IMG/VR virus record: IMGVR_UViG_3300049893_001984
Location: 1 to 64,000 of that record
Strand: one strand, 5' to 3'
DNA: 64,000 bases
DNA from: a virus
Shown piece by piece: positions 34,763-44,421 of this stretch (the first letter of the stretch is position 1; every line of letters starts with the position of its first letter). A program made the translations under genes and the position numbers. The notes beneath the pieces were generated by a model. That model saw only the letters and a list, made by a program, of their open reading frames with translations, searched no databases and was not told where the DNA came from.

Positions 34763-37522
34763 TTACGCGATAAGGTGCAGCTCAACATTGTTCAGCGGGA
34801 AGGGCAGGTCAACCGATATGCGTGCAACGATACGATCCAACAGTGTCGGATGTTGCTGCAGCTCTATGATAACCGCGTCCAACATCTGCGGCCCCAAGCG
34901 CGGAACAAGAATCGTATTCTTGAACTCTTCCACCAGGTCGATGATCTCGGTCTTGATAATACTAATCATCGTCGGCGTCACGTTACCTCTACCGATGAAC
35001 GGCTTGATACGGAGCAAGAAGTTCTTCGATATATTATCGAGGTTGGTCGTGATGTTCTGTTCTTTCTGCGTCAGGTCCGTCTGGTCACCCGTGGACAACT
35101 GGTGCCGAGTGAACACCGTGCCGTTCTTCTTGTCCTTGGTCACGATCCAGTAACCACTGTCGGCCAACACATTCAGCTGCGTGGCAGAGAAGTAGTCAAC
35201 CGTGCGGGACAGGTCGTCGAACCCGGTTATCTCGACGTTGGTCAACCCCTGGTGAGGGAGCGAGGCAGCCCGGAGGCCTGCCAGCGCCGCGCACAAGTGG
35301 AACCCTTCGAACACCATTCCAGCGTTGCCAACCTTATCCGGCCACACCAGGAAAGTACGTCGGCTGCGGAAGAGACCAGGCTTCTGAGCCAAGTCGGCCG
35401 CAATCTCGTTTCTAGTAAGAGTCCGGTGAATTTCGATCTTGGAGGCAGTGATAACCGGGGAAGCAGGCCCAGTAAGCAGGCGCAGCGTTTCCTCAGACAG
35501 AACCGCATCAATCTCGTATTCACTGTAGGACACGTTACCGAAACCATCGGTAGTGTAGAGCGCGCGCAACGTGTCACCGGCACGCACACCCTTTGTAATG
35601 AACTCACCACCAGCAAGGTCCACAATCGTATACTGTGTACCGCTGGTGTTGACGTCATCACTAATTGTAGCAAGGAGAGCCTGGTCCAGGGCATCTTTGC
35701 TGTAAACGTCCAGCACTTCAGTGGGGTCCTGGTTGATCCAGCAGATCCGCCAGCGGCCGTTGAAGGGGCTAGATTCGCTGTCACAGTGAGCACTGAAAGC
35801 ATCAAGCACTTCTTTGTTCTTAGTCAAAGGCACCAAGGAGTAAACATCCTCGTTACCCGTAAGGATATCAATTGCATCAAGCCAGTTTTCGAGGTCGTCA
35901 CCGCACACCCCAAGGTAGTAGCAGTCTTCGCCATTACCATTGAGGAGAGAGTTATACACGCCAAACACCAGCGGGTTGTCAGGATGAACCACTGCGCCAG
36001 GGGCGAAGACACTGTCAATGTCCCCCACGCTGTTGATAGACCCGAGCACGTTGCAATTTGTAGACAAGCGATCCCGGTGCTGCACGAAAACCTTACCAGC
36101 TTCCACCGGAAGGTTAACCGGAACGTTCGCAACAGCCCAACTATCGTCTGTGGCTTCAATTCCGTCCTTAATGCAGATCTCAGTATCGCTCTGAGTGTAG
36201 TTAACCAGCGGAGCAGAACCGATACGGTTCTCGCTGACTTCAATGTTCTTCTTGATATACAGCGTAGGAGCAAGAGCAGGCGCAGCACCTTGAATTCCGC
36301 CGCAGAACCCTCTGAGATCGTCAGGAAGGTTATTAGCCAGCGTAACCGTTCGCACAGCACCCTCAGCTGCAGCAACCACAGCGACGTCCCACTTGTCGCC
36401 AATGTACAATCCACCGCCACCGATCGTGAAGGTGATAGTCACACCAAGGGAACCGATCGCCACAGCCACACCGGACGTTGTAACGTCAGTCGGGCCGCTA
36501 AGATCGATGCCAGTCGTAGTGGAGACAGTGATCTGCGGTTTCAGTACATCAGAGAACTTACCACCACGCGTAACCTCAACCACGTAAGTAGTGTCGGAAT
36601 CTCCTACATACGTACCAGCCGCAGTCACGGTTGGAGCCGTATAAGGCATGGTGACAGTCACAGTCCATTCCTGGCCTGCAACGAAGTCATCAGCAGTGTT
36701 GGACCAAGTAACTGTCAGTCCACGGGTACCAATGGTCGTAGGGGAAGCGAAGGCCGCAGGCGTATTACCTGTGGACTCGTCGTTTCCGCTGGCTGTAGTA
36801 ACGTCGAACAAGGCAACACCAGGAGCACCACCGAGGGTGAACGTAATGGTGTAAACCTCGCTGGCGTTGCCGTCAGCATAGGCGTTAAAAGAAGCCGCAG
36901 ACGCAGCTTCAGTAATGTCATTTGCAGTACCCGCTGTCTGAGTAATGACAGCAGCCGCAGCCTGGCTGGCCAGATTGGCGGCGTAAGCATCCGGAGTGGC
37001 GTCGATCGAGGAGCTGATAAGATCAGCAACCAGGCCGGTAATAGTGGAGGTGAACTCCATAGTGGCGCTGGAGCAGTCAAGACCAGACACCTTGAGGACG
37101 TCGCCAACCTTCACATCACGCAGGAAAGCTCCAGAGCGTGTGAAAGAGTTAGCGGTCTTCAGCACAAGGCTGGCAAACCGAACACGGTTCTTAGCAGGGG
37201 TAACGCCGTTGGTCGTAGTGACCACCGCCAACCCACCACTGCCAGACGTGTAATAACGGAGCAAGGCGTCTTCCATAAACACCTTGGTATAGTTGAAATC
37301 AACCTCGGCACCGGCTTCACGCCCAGGCCACGGATAACAAGTTTCCGTGGTATAGTCGTAAACATCCGTTACCTTAGTCCCGGCTTTTTCATCGGAATCC
37401 GTATACCGATGCAAGTCGTACTGATGTCCTATAATACAGGCGTTCTGCGGCTGTGCCAAAGCAACAGGCTGAGACGCAAATTCCTGGAAAACAAGAACCT
37501 GAGGCAATACATAGTTAGGCAT
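34763..37522 (-). CDS. contractile tail sheath protein
   Basis: N-terminal MPNYVLPQVLVFQEF; C-terminal sheath domain (ALAGLRAASLPHQGLTN...QLNVLADSG...VARISVDLPFPLNNVELHL). Confidence 0.9.
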   Translation of the reverse strand: MPNYVLPQVLVFQEFASQPVALAQPQNACIIGHQYDLHRYTDSDEKAGTKVTDVYDYTTETCYPWPGREAGAEVDFNYTKVFMEDALLRYYTSGSGGLAVVTTTNGVTPAKNRVRFASLVLKTANSFTRSGAFLRDVKVGDVLKVSGLDCSSATMEFTSTITGLVADLISSSIDATPDAYAANLASQAAAAVITQTAGTANDITEAASAASFNAYADGNASEVYTITFTLGGAPGVALFDVTTASGNDESTGNTPAAFASPTTIGTRGLTVTWSNTADDFVAGQEWTVTVTMPYTAPTVTAAGTYVGDSDTTYVVEVTRGGKFSDVLKPQITVSTTTGIDLSGPTDVTTSGVAVAIGSLGVTITFTIGGGGLYIGDKWDVAVVAAAEGAVRTVTLANNLPDDLRGFCGGIQGAAPALAPTLYIKKNIEVSENRIGSAPLVNYTQSDTEICIKDGIEATDDSWAVANVPVNLPVEAGKVFVQHRDRLSTNCNVLGSINSVGDIDSVFAPGAVVHPDNPLVFGVYNSLLNGNGEDCYYLGVCGDDLENWLDAIDILTGNEDVYSLVPLTKNKEVLDAFSAHCDSESSPFNGRWRICWINQDPTEVLDVYSKDALDQALLATISDDVNTSGTQYTIVDLAGGEFITKGVRAGDTLRALYTTDGFGNVSYSEYEIDAVLSEETLRLLTGPASPVITASKIEIHRTLTRNEIAADLAQKPGLFRSRRTFLVWPDKVGNAGMVFEGFHLCAALAGLRAASLPHQGLTNVEITGFDDLSRTVDYFSATQLNVLADSGYWIVTKDKKNGTVFTRHQLSTGDQTDLTQKEQNITTNLDNISKNFLLRIKPFIGRGNVTPTMISIIKTEIIDLVEEFKNTILVPRLGPQMLDAVIIELQQHPTLLDRIVARISVDLPFPLNNVELHLIA

Positions 37523-37541
37523 GAGGTAGCTCTCCTTAAAA

Positions 37542-38252
37542 CTACTTTGGTCTTACGTCTACAGCAATTGACTTTAACCAAGGCGCTTCCATGTCAACGC
37601 GCCAAGATTTAGAGTATGCATAGTTTACAACAACCGGCACAACAAAGTGTTCCGCAGATTCATCTAGAATAGCGGGATCTTCCATCGTAATCTCGTCAAA
37701 AGTCATAAAGTTTAGTGCACGTCTTATAACAGGACCAAACTCCATGAGATGATGGAAAACTTCGTCAGCTAACAAGTCCGACTCTGCGGCTGAAAAGGCA
37801 ACGCAGTATATAGTGTGCGTTCCTCTTACAAGCCTAGAGTGGAACTCCCCAGGAACGCGAACAAGCTTTTTAGTATTCTTATCATAAATAGCGCCGGTAG
37901 TCATCCCGTTATCTATACATCTCTTTTCTGGGACTTGCTTTCCACGCTTTACGTAGATTGCAGCTCTACGCTGTATGTCTTGTGCAATATAACGGTAAAC
38001 AGGCTCAATCTGTATCGTTGTGAGCTTAGCGTCTTTGTTCCAGACAAGGTCCTCCAGCTGTCTTTTGTGCTGGCGTGTCTCGTGGTTTATAAACTCGTTA
38101 GAGCCTTCAAACTCTAGCTGCTGCGGGTTAGAGAAATGCTCCTGCAGCATACGTACAAACAAACCAGTCAGGATATTACCAGTAAACCGCGTAGTGCATA
38201 GACTACTGGCTGTGTCCAGTCCGATGTTTGTCGTGTTCAGGCTTAGATTCAC
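37542..38252 (-). CDS. tail terminator / completion protein
   Basis: Position before sheath; RAAIYVKRG...GTHTIYCVAFSAAESDLLADEVFHHL pattern. Confidence 0.6.
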   Translation of the reverse strand: MNLSLNTTNIGLDTASSLCTTRFTGNILTGLFVRMLQEHFSNPQQLEFEGSNEFINHETRQHKRQLEDLVWNKDAKLTTIQIEPVYRYIAQDIQRRAAIYVKRGKQVPEKRCIDNGMTTGAIYDKNTKKLVRVPGEFHSRLVRGTHTIYCVAFSAAESDLLADEVFHHLMEFGPVIRRALNFMTFDEITMEDPAILDESAEHFVVPVVVNYAYSKSWRVDMEAPWLKSIAVDVRPK

Positions 38253-38352
38253 GTTTAGGCTCTTCCTCTTCGTATAACTTATCTATCATACTTATACGGT
38301 TGAAGAAAGGGTTCTTAACTTTCTTCTTCTGCTCTTCAGCTTTGTTTTCCAT
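38203..38352 (-). CDS. small charged hypothetical protein (49 aa, below ORF-track cutoff)
   Basis: MENKAEEQKKKVKNPFFNRISMIDKLYEEEEPKRESKPEHDKHRTGHSQ with GGAAG upstream. Confidence 0.45.
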   Translation of the reverse strand: MENKAEEQKKKVKNPFFNRISMIDKLYEEEEPKRESKPEHDKHRTGHSQ

Positions 38353-38530
38353 CTTCACGACTTCCTAACCAGTAAAGGATAGCCTGGCTCAACTTATCTG
38401 GATCTTCGACACCAACAGCGTTAGCCATCGCCTCCTTGGTTATACCGAGCTCGTTAAGTGCAACATCCAGCCCGAAGTCAAAGGCCCTTATTCTATTGTC
38501 AATCAGAATTGCTTCTGCTTCTTTAGTCAT
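38336..38530 (-). CDS. small K-x-A protein
   Basis: MTKEAEA...TKEAMA; GAGGA upstream. Confidence 0.7.
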   Translation of the reverse strand: MTKEAEAILIDNRIRAFDFGLDVALNELGITKEAMANAVGVEDPDKLSQAILYWLGSREDGKQS

Positions 38531-38566
38531 GTTAGTTTCCTCGCATTGGTCAGTGTAGTCAATACT

Positions 38567-39487
38567 TTACCAATCGCCATCTATATCTATCCCAATAGAA
38601 GCTGAGCTCAAGCTGCTGTAAGAAGAAGAACTGGAGGAGCCACCGTACTCTGGGATCAGATATATGATCTCTGAAACTGGGGCTAGTCGTAGTTCAACTT
38701 CGTAAATAAGCGGTATACCGCCTAGTTCGGCTACATGCTTAATCGAGTTTACGAAATAACGCTCGCCGTTGTCCCGTCTAACCCAAACATCGTTAGTGTC
38801 TAGATGAGGGTAAGCTACGCAACGCCCCATCCTTGTTATGTCATTATGTATACCAGAGTTATCAGAGAACTTAAACTCCCGAGTAGGGGCTGTCAGCGTC
38901 ATCGTCATATCAACTGCTTTGAAGTAACCACCAACAAAACCAGTGCTAAAGCAAGTTTCACACCACGACTGCGGTTCTCGTGTATCGTATTCCTGACAAA
39001 GTTCGCAGGGCTGACCCCACCTTCTTCGTTTATGGACAAACCCTACGCAGGTCTTGTTAGTACCCTTGCGCTGCTGCAGGTATTCCTTACGCACTATCTC
39101 TTTGGCAACTAGCCAGTCACGTTTACTCCAAAGACCATTCGCTTGTTGCGGTTGTGATACATAAGCAGTGTTATTCTGGTTTGGGAGTAAGAGTCTTACA
39201 CGATAATAGAAGTCTGAGGTCTGGTCGTAATATCTTTGCTCTGGATCTATTAAGGTGCATTCGTCTACCACAGGCGTTGTCTGCACCATCTTCCATTCGC
39301 TTGTTCCAGCCCTGCCAAAATCAACGTAAAAGTGAAAGGGCCCTGGGGCCTTAAACCCAGGCTTAAGCCCCCAGGATATACGTGTTCCGCCTAATGGTTG
39401 CGTAACAACCTGTATACGTGAGAATACGTCGCAGCTTCCAAGGCGTACCGGATCACCCTCATTAAATATGGGAATATTAAGCCCCAT
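38567..39487 (-). CDS. head closure / neck protein with Zn-finger-like insert
   Basis: CELC...CETCFSTGFVGGY motif; YPHLDTNDVWVRRDNGERYFVNSI; Ser-tract C-terminus. Confidence 0.6.
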   Translation of the reverse strand: MGLNIPIFNEGDPVRLGSCDVFSRIQVVTQPLGGTRISWGLKPGFKAPGPFHFYVDFGRAGTSEWKMVQTTPVVDECTLIDPEQRYYDQTSDFYYRVRLLLPNQNNTAYVSQPQQANGLWSKRDWLVAKEIVRKEYLQQRKGTNKTCVGFVHKRRRWGQPCELCQEYDTREPQSWCETCFSTGFVGGYFKAVDMTMTLTAPTREFKFSDNSGIHNDITRMGRCVAYPHLDTNDVWVRRDNGERYFVNSIKHVAELGGIPLIYEVELRLAPVSEIIYLIPEYGGSSSSSSYSSLSSASIGIDIDGDW

Positions 39488-40139
39488 GGTGCCGCCTCTT
39501 CATAATGTTCATTAGGTTTTCACGGACCTTCTTTTGGTGTGGGGTTACGATCCTTACACCCTCTTCGTCAGACGGTTGAGCTGTGTCATCACGGCGAGGT
39601 GCGGCATTGGTTTTTGCTTTGCGTAAAGCATCGCGCATTCCATTCAGCCCATCAACAACCTCACGTGGCTGCAACTCCTGCATCATCTTGTCGTTAGGCG
39701 GCGGAAGAGGCGGAGGCGGCATGACTTGCTGAGGCGGCGGCAAGCCAGCCCCAAGCGGTGGATTTGGGTCTGGTGGCGGGGGAGGCGGCATTGCCCCAGG
39801 AGGCGGCATTGCCCCAGGTGGGGGCATCCCACCTGGGGGTGGGCCACCTGCTCCAGGTGGGATGCCCCCTGCGCCTGGAGGAGGCGGACCATCGGCCCTC
39901 TTCCTCATAGCGTACGCACTCTCCTTGTACAGCTTCTCTTTTTCTTTCGCCGGATCGTTATAGTGTTTTGCTGCGTACCCAACCACAGGCGCTACTGCTG
40001 CGGCACCCATTACATATTTAAGAGGGGTTGGCACAACATCACCAGCAACAACACGACCGACAGACCTTATGGCCTTGTTCTCCTCTGGGTTCATCCCCAG
40101 AATCTGCATAATTCTATCGGCCAACATATGGTTACTCAT
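39477..40139 (-). CDS. Pro/Gly-rich putative internal head protein
   Basis: Hydrophobic segment then KRA and long PPG/MPP tract. Confidence 0.7.
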   Translation of the reverse strand: MSNHMLADRIMQILGMNPEENKAIRSVGRVVAGDVVPTPLKYVMGAAAVAPVVGYAAKHYNDPAKEKEKLYKESAYAMRKRADGPPPPGAGGIPPGAGGPPPGGMPPPGAMPPPGAMPPPPPPDPNPPLGAGLPPPQQVMPPPPLPPPNDKMMQELQPREVVDGLNGMRDALRKAKTNAAPRRDDTAQPSDEEGVRIVTPHQKKVRENLMNIMKRRHHGA

Positions 40140-40141
40140 AA

Positions 40142-41041
40142 CTACCTCTGAGGATTAAACCGGTAGCCGCCAAGGTCTGCGAAAGCACCCAGGATGTTAA
40201 TTTCGATCTTCTTCTGTTTAACAAAGTCCTGGTACGCTTTCCATCGTTCCTGTCCCATCTTTAGGTAATCAGGCCATTTCTTAGTGTCAGCCACAGAGAC
40301 TCCACCAGCGTTATAATCCAAATCGTTTCTACGCATCCAGTGTGCAACTAGAATCAGGAGTTGACCCACTGTAGCCTCCAGCCAGTGATACCGGTACGGG
40401 AACGTGACAGCAGTAAACTCACCTATAGGCGGCGGGACTTCGTTCCAATAGTCTATGGGTCTACGCATAGCCCAGGCTATTTCGTGTTCTTTGAAATCAA
40501 CCGTATCAATCAGGAAGTTTATCTCTGGGCAGGTATCTCTAACAGCCAAGCGTACTTCGAACATCGTAAGAGGACCTGGATCGTTCTTGAATTCAAGGTT
40601 AGGCATAACCTCGTAGTAAAACGGGTAGATCTTCTTTCTGACGCCCATCTCGTAGATAGTAGCAGTGCCTACCCATATACCTGCGTATGAAGTTGCAGTA
40701 GCGTCAAAGTTTATCTTAACAATACCTTGCGCGGCGTCTTGATCTGAAACTATTTCAGCCATGCCTTGGTGCATAGGCAGGTGAGACCATTCCATTTCTT
40801 TAATGGTGATCATGACTCCATTGGTAGGACATTCTATAGTAGAAGTGCTGGAGTTCTCTGAGCAGGAAGAGGAGCTTGAAGTTGCCCCAAGTCCATATTG
40901 AGTAAGGTCAACGGGTGTTCCAGTCTTTACGTCAACCAGCTGGAAGTAAACAGAGTCTACTGTGCCCTGGCCAACGGATAGGACCTTAAGCTCATTCAGG
41001 CATGCGCCCAGGTGATCCAGGCAGTCGTTTGCAAAAGCCAT
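40142..41041 (-). CDS. head-tail adaptor (neck) protein
   Basis: C-terminal LEATVGQLL...RRNDLDYNAGGVSV pattern typical of adaptors; position after capsid genes. Confidence 0.65.
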   Translation of the reverse strand: MAFANDCLDHLGACLNELKVLSVGQGTVDSVYFQLVDVKTGTPVDLTQYGLGATSSSSSCSENSSTSTIECPTNGVMITIKEMEWSHLPMHQGMAEIVSDQDAAQGIVKINFDATATSYAGIWVGTATIYEMGVRKKIYPFYYEVMPNLEFKNDPGPLTMFEVRLAVRDTCPEINFLIDTVDFKEHEIAWAMRRPIDYWNEVPPPIGEFTAVTFPYRYHWLEATVGQLLILVAHWMRRNDLDYNAGGVSVADTKKWPDYLKMGQERWKAYQDFVKQKKIEINILGAFADLGGYRFNPQR

Positions 41042-41052
41042 AAAGAGCCCCC

Positions 41053-41094
41053 AATAAAAAGCCGCCCTGGCAGGAATTCATCCGTCCGGGCGGC
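41053..41094 (-). terminator. intrinsic terminator
   Basis: GCCGCCC...GGGCGGC stem with TTTTTATT on minus strand. Confidence 0.55.
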
Positions 41095-41118
41095 ATTATC
41101 CTGTTTTACAAATACATA

Positions 41119-41493
41119 CTACTGGCGAAGCGGAGAAGAGATGGGCTTTGATCCATCGCCCAAGAACACGTTACCCTTGTTACGGGCGTTACGCATCTTG
41201 GATAACTTCTCTTCTTTGACAACCTCCGGATCTTTAACTTCTTCCTTGGTAACAACTTCTTCTTTAACTGCAACTTCTTGTTTTTGTGTAACCTTTTCCG
41301 GGTTAGTAACAGTAACAGTAACGGAAAGCGGATCTTCCTTCTGGTGAAACACAGCGTCAACAATCTCAACCTTGCTTTCGCTGATAGTTGAACTGCTTTC
41401 TTTTACTTCTTCCACCTGAGGCACCGGTTTTCTGGTGCCGTATCTATTCCGCTTAAAATCACGTTTGTGCGGTTTTTCGTACGCGATCGACAT
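41119..41493 (-). CDS. Lys/Glu/Val-rich hypothetical protein
   Basis: 124 aa with GGAG upstream. Confidence 0.7.
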   Translation of the reverse strand: MSIAYEKPHKRDFKRNRYGTRKPVPQVEEVKESSSTISESKVEIVDAVFHQKEDPLSVTVTVTNPEKVTQKQEVAVKEEVVTKEEVKDPEVVKEEKLSKMRNARNKGNVFLGDGSKPISSPLRQ

Positions 41494-41508
41494 CGTTCTC
41501 CCTTTCGG

Positions 41509-41982
41509 TTACGGCACGTTTATCACAATCGCCTTATTTGCACCCAGGCTACCTGCAGCTCCAGGGGCTGGCAATGTGAGTGAAACAGCGACACCGTCCC
41601 TGTCAATTAGAGTACCACCATTCAGCTCAAGAGAGCCTGTGGTTTTGTAATCAAGGTCAGCGGAGGTGTCACCTGAGACCGTCGTATAGTTGAAGGTCAA
41701 AGTTGCACTCCCTGTACCAGACGCATAAGTAGCGTAGCGGTCAGTCGTACCAGTTTCTAGCAGTATTCTAGGCGTCCCTGTCACATTCACAATTTCGCTA
41801 AAAGTAACGAGAATCGGGACAACCGTAGCGGCACTGGTTATGGTTCCGTTTGCCGTCGAAGAGGTTACGTTACTCACGACAGCAATCTTCCAAGCATCAG
41901 CCTCCCGATAATGGCGAGTTGATGGTCTGCGGCGAGCAGGCTGAGAAAACCTAGAGGTGCGGCGAGGTCTATAGTTGGGCAT
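41509..41982 (-). CDS. Ig-like domain protein with Arg-rich N-terminus, possible head decoration
   Basis: VTFSEIVNVTGTPRILLETG...ATYASGTGSATLTFNYT Ig-like repeat; MPNYRPRRTSRFSQPARRRP leader. Confidence 0.65.
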   Translation of the reverse strand: MPNYRPRRTSRFSQPARRRPSTRHYREADAWKIAVVSNVTSSTANGTITSAATVVPILVTFSEIVNVTGTPRILLETGTTDRYATYASGTGSATLTFNYTTVSGDTSADLDYKTTGSLELNGGTLIDRDGVAVSLTLPAPGAAGSLGANKAIVINVP

Positions 41983-41991
41983 GGTTCCCCC

Positions 41992-42471
41992 TTAACTGGC
42001 ATGCTGCTCTAGAATACTCACGAGCCCAGTGCCTGAGAAAGCGCTTACGTATACTTTATAATAGGAAGGCGGTATGTCTTTAATAACCCACAGTTCCGAG
42101 AACGTCAGAACCTTAGTGGTGACCCGCACCCATGTTCCTCTATTAGCTCTGCTAGCGAGGGTGGGTGCGGGTGTCACCGGATTAGTAATAATGGGTGTTC
42201 GTTCTATTTCTGCTTTTTTCCAGAGTTCAAGAGTTACCGAAGTAACGCCGTCTCCTACTATAACCGACAAGTCCAACTGGGCATTACGCCCATACTGCGC
42301 GATATCGTTGGTCGTGTCGTTTATCTGACCAGCACCGTGCGTGTAGGTGTTAAGGACTGGAACTAACTCGTCATCAAGGAAGTCAGCCGTGGAATCCACA
42401 GCTATAGCCTCCCGGAAGAACGCAAGTCCTGTAACAAAGTCCGCTCCCTGAACTGCTCGCTTGCCAGCCAT
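41992..42471 (-). CDS. hypothetical virion protein
   Basis: 159-aa beta-rich ORF in head module. Confidence 0.7.
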   Translation of the reverse strand: MAGKRAVQGADFVTGLAFFREAIAVDSTADFLDDELVPVLNTYTHGAGQINDTTNDIAQYGRNAQLDLSVIVGDGVTSVTLELWKKAEIERTPIITNPVTPAPTLASRANRGTWVRVTTKVLTFSELWVIKDIPPSYYKVYVSAFSGTGLVSILEQHAS

Positions 42472-42496
42472 TTGTCTACTCCTATTACGCTACTTA

Positions 42497-42838
42497 TTAA
42501 GCCAAGACACTGGCCAGGGCCGCTTCACGAATTTCAGGATCACCGGACAGGAAGTAAGAAGCTTCCTTAACAGCCGTTTCTGCCAACTGCGCTGTTTCCG
42601 CCTGATGCACTCCCAGCATGTTCTTCAAGGCATAGTTTGCCTGTTTAATCACGTTATTCGTATTGCTGGCGCTCATCTGCTTTACATACGCCGCAGTCTC
42701 CAGCGCAGCATCCAAGCTTTCATTATCCGGGATGTTGACACCGAGCTCCGCGCACTTCTGAATAAAGACAGGCGCGTAAATCTTTTGAATGAGAACCGCT
42801 TCCTGCGGGGTAAGTTCGTTACTCATGGCTAGCTCCAA
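42497..42838 (-). CDS. small K-x-A helical protein
   Basis: KCA, KQA, KEA motifs; likely start MSNELT. Confidence 0.75.
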   Translation of the reverse strand: MELAMSNELTPQEAVLIQKIYAPVFIQKCAELGVNIPDNESLDAALETAAYVKQMSASNTNNVIKQANYALKNMLGVHQAETAQLAETAVKEASYFLSGDPEIREAALASVLA

Positions 42839-42860
42839 TTGCTGTTTTATTTTTCACCAC

Positions 42861-42895
42861 AAAGAAAAGGGACCAGGCCAGTGACCTGGTCCCTT
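42861..42895 (-). terminator. intrinsic terminator after major capsid gene
   Basis: AAGGGACCAGG-ccagtga-CCTGGTCCCTT followed by TTCTTT on minus strand. Confidence 0.8.
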
Positions 42896-42904
42896 GCACA
42901 CAAC

Positions 42905-43840
42905 TTAGTAGAAGTCCACGCGACCAACAGCAGCCACGTTGGCAATAGCCGCGCCGATGGACTCGTACGCGAAGAACTCAAGCATGTACGCACGCCGATC
43001 AATGTACATGGTCGTGTCTTCGAGCACGTAGAACTTGCCATGGAACTTCGGTTCGGCAAACAGGAAGACCGTGTCGTCCGGAACCAGGTCGCGCTTGATA
43101 GTGATGATCCAGCGACGGCCCATGAGCTCCTGTTCAGAGAACCCAGTCTTGAACAGTTCCTGAGACATGTCACCGCCGACCTCATCACGTCCAAACTTAA
43201 CGATATCCCAAATCGTCACGTTGTTGATGAGAACGGTTGCCACGTTCAGGTGGTACGGCGTCTTAGGCAGCGTCTTCATGGCCTCAGCCAGGTTGTCACG
43301 GGTAACGCCACCAGTGATCGAGCGCCACTGAACCGTATTCGTTTCAGTGACTGTAGAACCAGCGGAACCGCCCAGAAGGCTGTTCACAACCGCGATGTAC
43401 TTACCATCTTCCTCGGCCAGCATGTCCTTCACGCTGTTGTCAGACAGCACCTGGCGGATGTCGATGTTGTACGTGCGCAGTTCATCCACGTCCTTAATGA
43501 ACTTCGGAGTAAGGATGCGGTCGAACATAACCCGGAAGCGGGGTCCCTTGATGTACCGATTGGACGGCATCGTACCAAAAGGCACGCTGACGGCCGCAGG
43601 ACTATCCGGTTCCTTGTCCACAACCTTCACCGGCTTGTCCGTATCAACCTGGCGATCAAGTTCATCGTTGGTGATAGTGACGGGCGGGAGAATGCGGCGG
43701 AAGAAGCCGTCTTCGCGGATCTTGAGGCGGATATAATCATTCACCGCATCTTCGGCCTGCTTCTGAATACCAGAATCCTTAGACGTGAGCTTGTCCAGGA
43801 CGGTGTTGTTAATCATTTTAACTGTAGGATCGTTACTCAT
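42905..43840 (-). CDS. major capsid protein, HK97 fold
   Basis: 311 aa; IRLKIREDGFFRRILPP, RILTPKFIKDVDEL, EFFAYESIGAAIAN; follows protease/scaffold/decoration genes; strong terminator; GC3-biased codons. Confidence 0.85.
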   Translation of the reverse strand: MSNDPTVKMINNTVLDKLTSKDSGIQKQAEDAVNDYIRLKIREDGFFRRILPPVTITNDELDRQVDTDKPVKVVDKEPDSPAAVSVPFGTMPSNRYIKGPRFRVMFDRILTPKFIKDVDELRTYNIDIRQVLSDNSVKDMLAEEDGKYIAVVNSLLGGSAGSTVTETNTVQWRSITGGVTRDNLAEAMKTLPKTPYHLNVATVLINNVTIWDIVKFGRDEVGGDMSQELFKTGFSEQELMGRRWIITIKRDLVPDDTVFLFAEPKFHGKFYVLEDTTMYIDRRAYMLEFFAYESIGAAIANVAAVGRVDFY

Positions 43841-43955
43841 TTTAACCTCCGTTTTAGCTTATACGGGATGCACTTCATGGCAGATGCCCGCTTCTTTGTT
43901 ACATGGAACTATAGTTTTCTCTACAGAACCAATCTTTGTCAATCAGTTGCTTTAC

Positions 43956-44357
43956 TTACTTGCCCTTCTTTTTGTCTCTTTGTGCGCGTTGCCAAGCTAG
44001 AAGCGCGAGTCCGGAAAGTCCTGGAGGGGGCGCTTCAGGAATTGGCTTGCTGCTGGGGTAAACAGAGAACCCACTGCTTCCGGTTCTCGGTTTTGGTTCT
44101 GGGACGTATTTACTTCCTTCCCAGTTTGGCGTTGGTGCCATAGACACCGTTCCGCCTGCGACAGAAGGCTTGTCCCCGCTGAAAATAGGGTTGTTCAGTT
44201 TTGCGCGCAAACCTTCAGGAAATATACTGGCAACACCTTTACCTGTTGCAGCTAGCGTCCCTCTAGCAACGTCATATAGAGCCCCAAGAGGAACCATGCC
44301 CTCTTTTTGGAGCCCGCTATTAGTGGCTTCTTTAATCAGATATTTAAGGTGGTTCAT
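43956..44357 (-). CDS. MNHL-tagged protein inserted between decoration and capsid genes
   Basis: Starts MNHLKYLIKEA. Confidence 0.75.
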   Translation of the reverse strand: MNHLKYLIKEATNSGLQKEGMVPLGALYDVARGTLAATGKGVASIFPEGLRAKLNNPIFSGDKPSVAGGTVSMAPTPNWEGSKYVPEPKPRTGSSGFSVYPSSKPIPEAPPPGLSGLALLAWQRAQRDKKKGK

Positions 44358-44377
44358 AGCTACAACCTCGTCGTAGG

Positions 44378-44415
44378 GTTAAGGGTGGTTATGCTTAGCC
44401 ATAACCACCCTTAAC
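44378..44415. other. perfect 16-bp inverted repeat without U-tract
   Basis: GTTAAGGGTGGTTATG-cttagc-CATAACCACCCTTAAC. Confidence 0.9.
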
Positions 44416-44421
44416 ACTAGT

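Noticed and set aside
34718-37612. 964-aa plus-strand ORF
   Set aside because: Exact antisense shadow of the tail sheath gene; biased codon use in highly expressed genes removes antisense stops; product is not protein-like and has no RBS context.
42839-44143. 434-aa plus-strand ORF, and the many other plus-strand ORFs in the track
   Set aside because: Antisense to the major capsid gene and neighbours; all motif-bearing genes in the window are on the minus strand.
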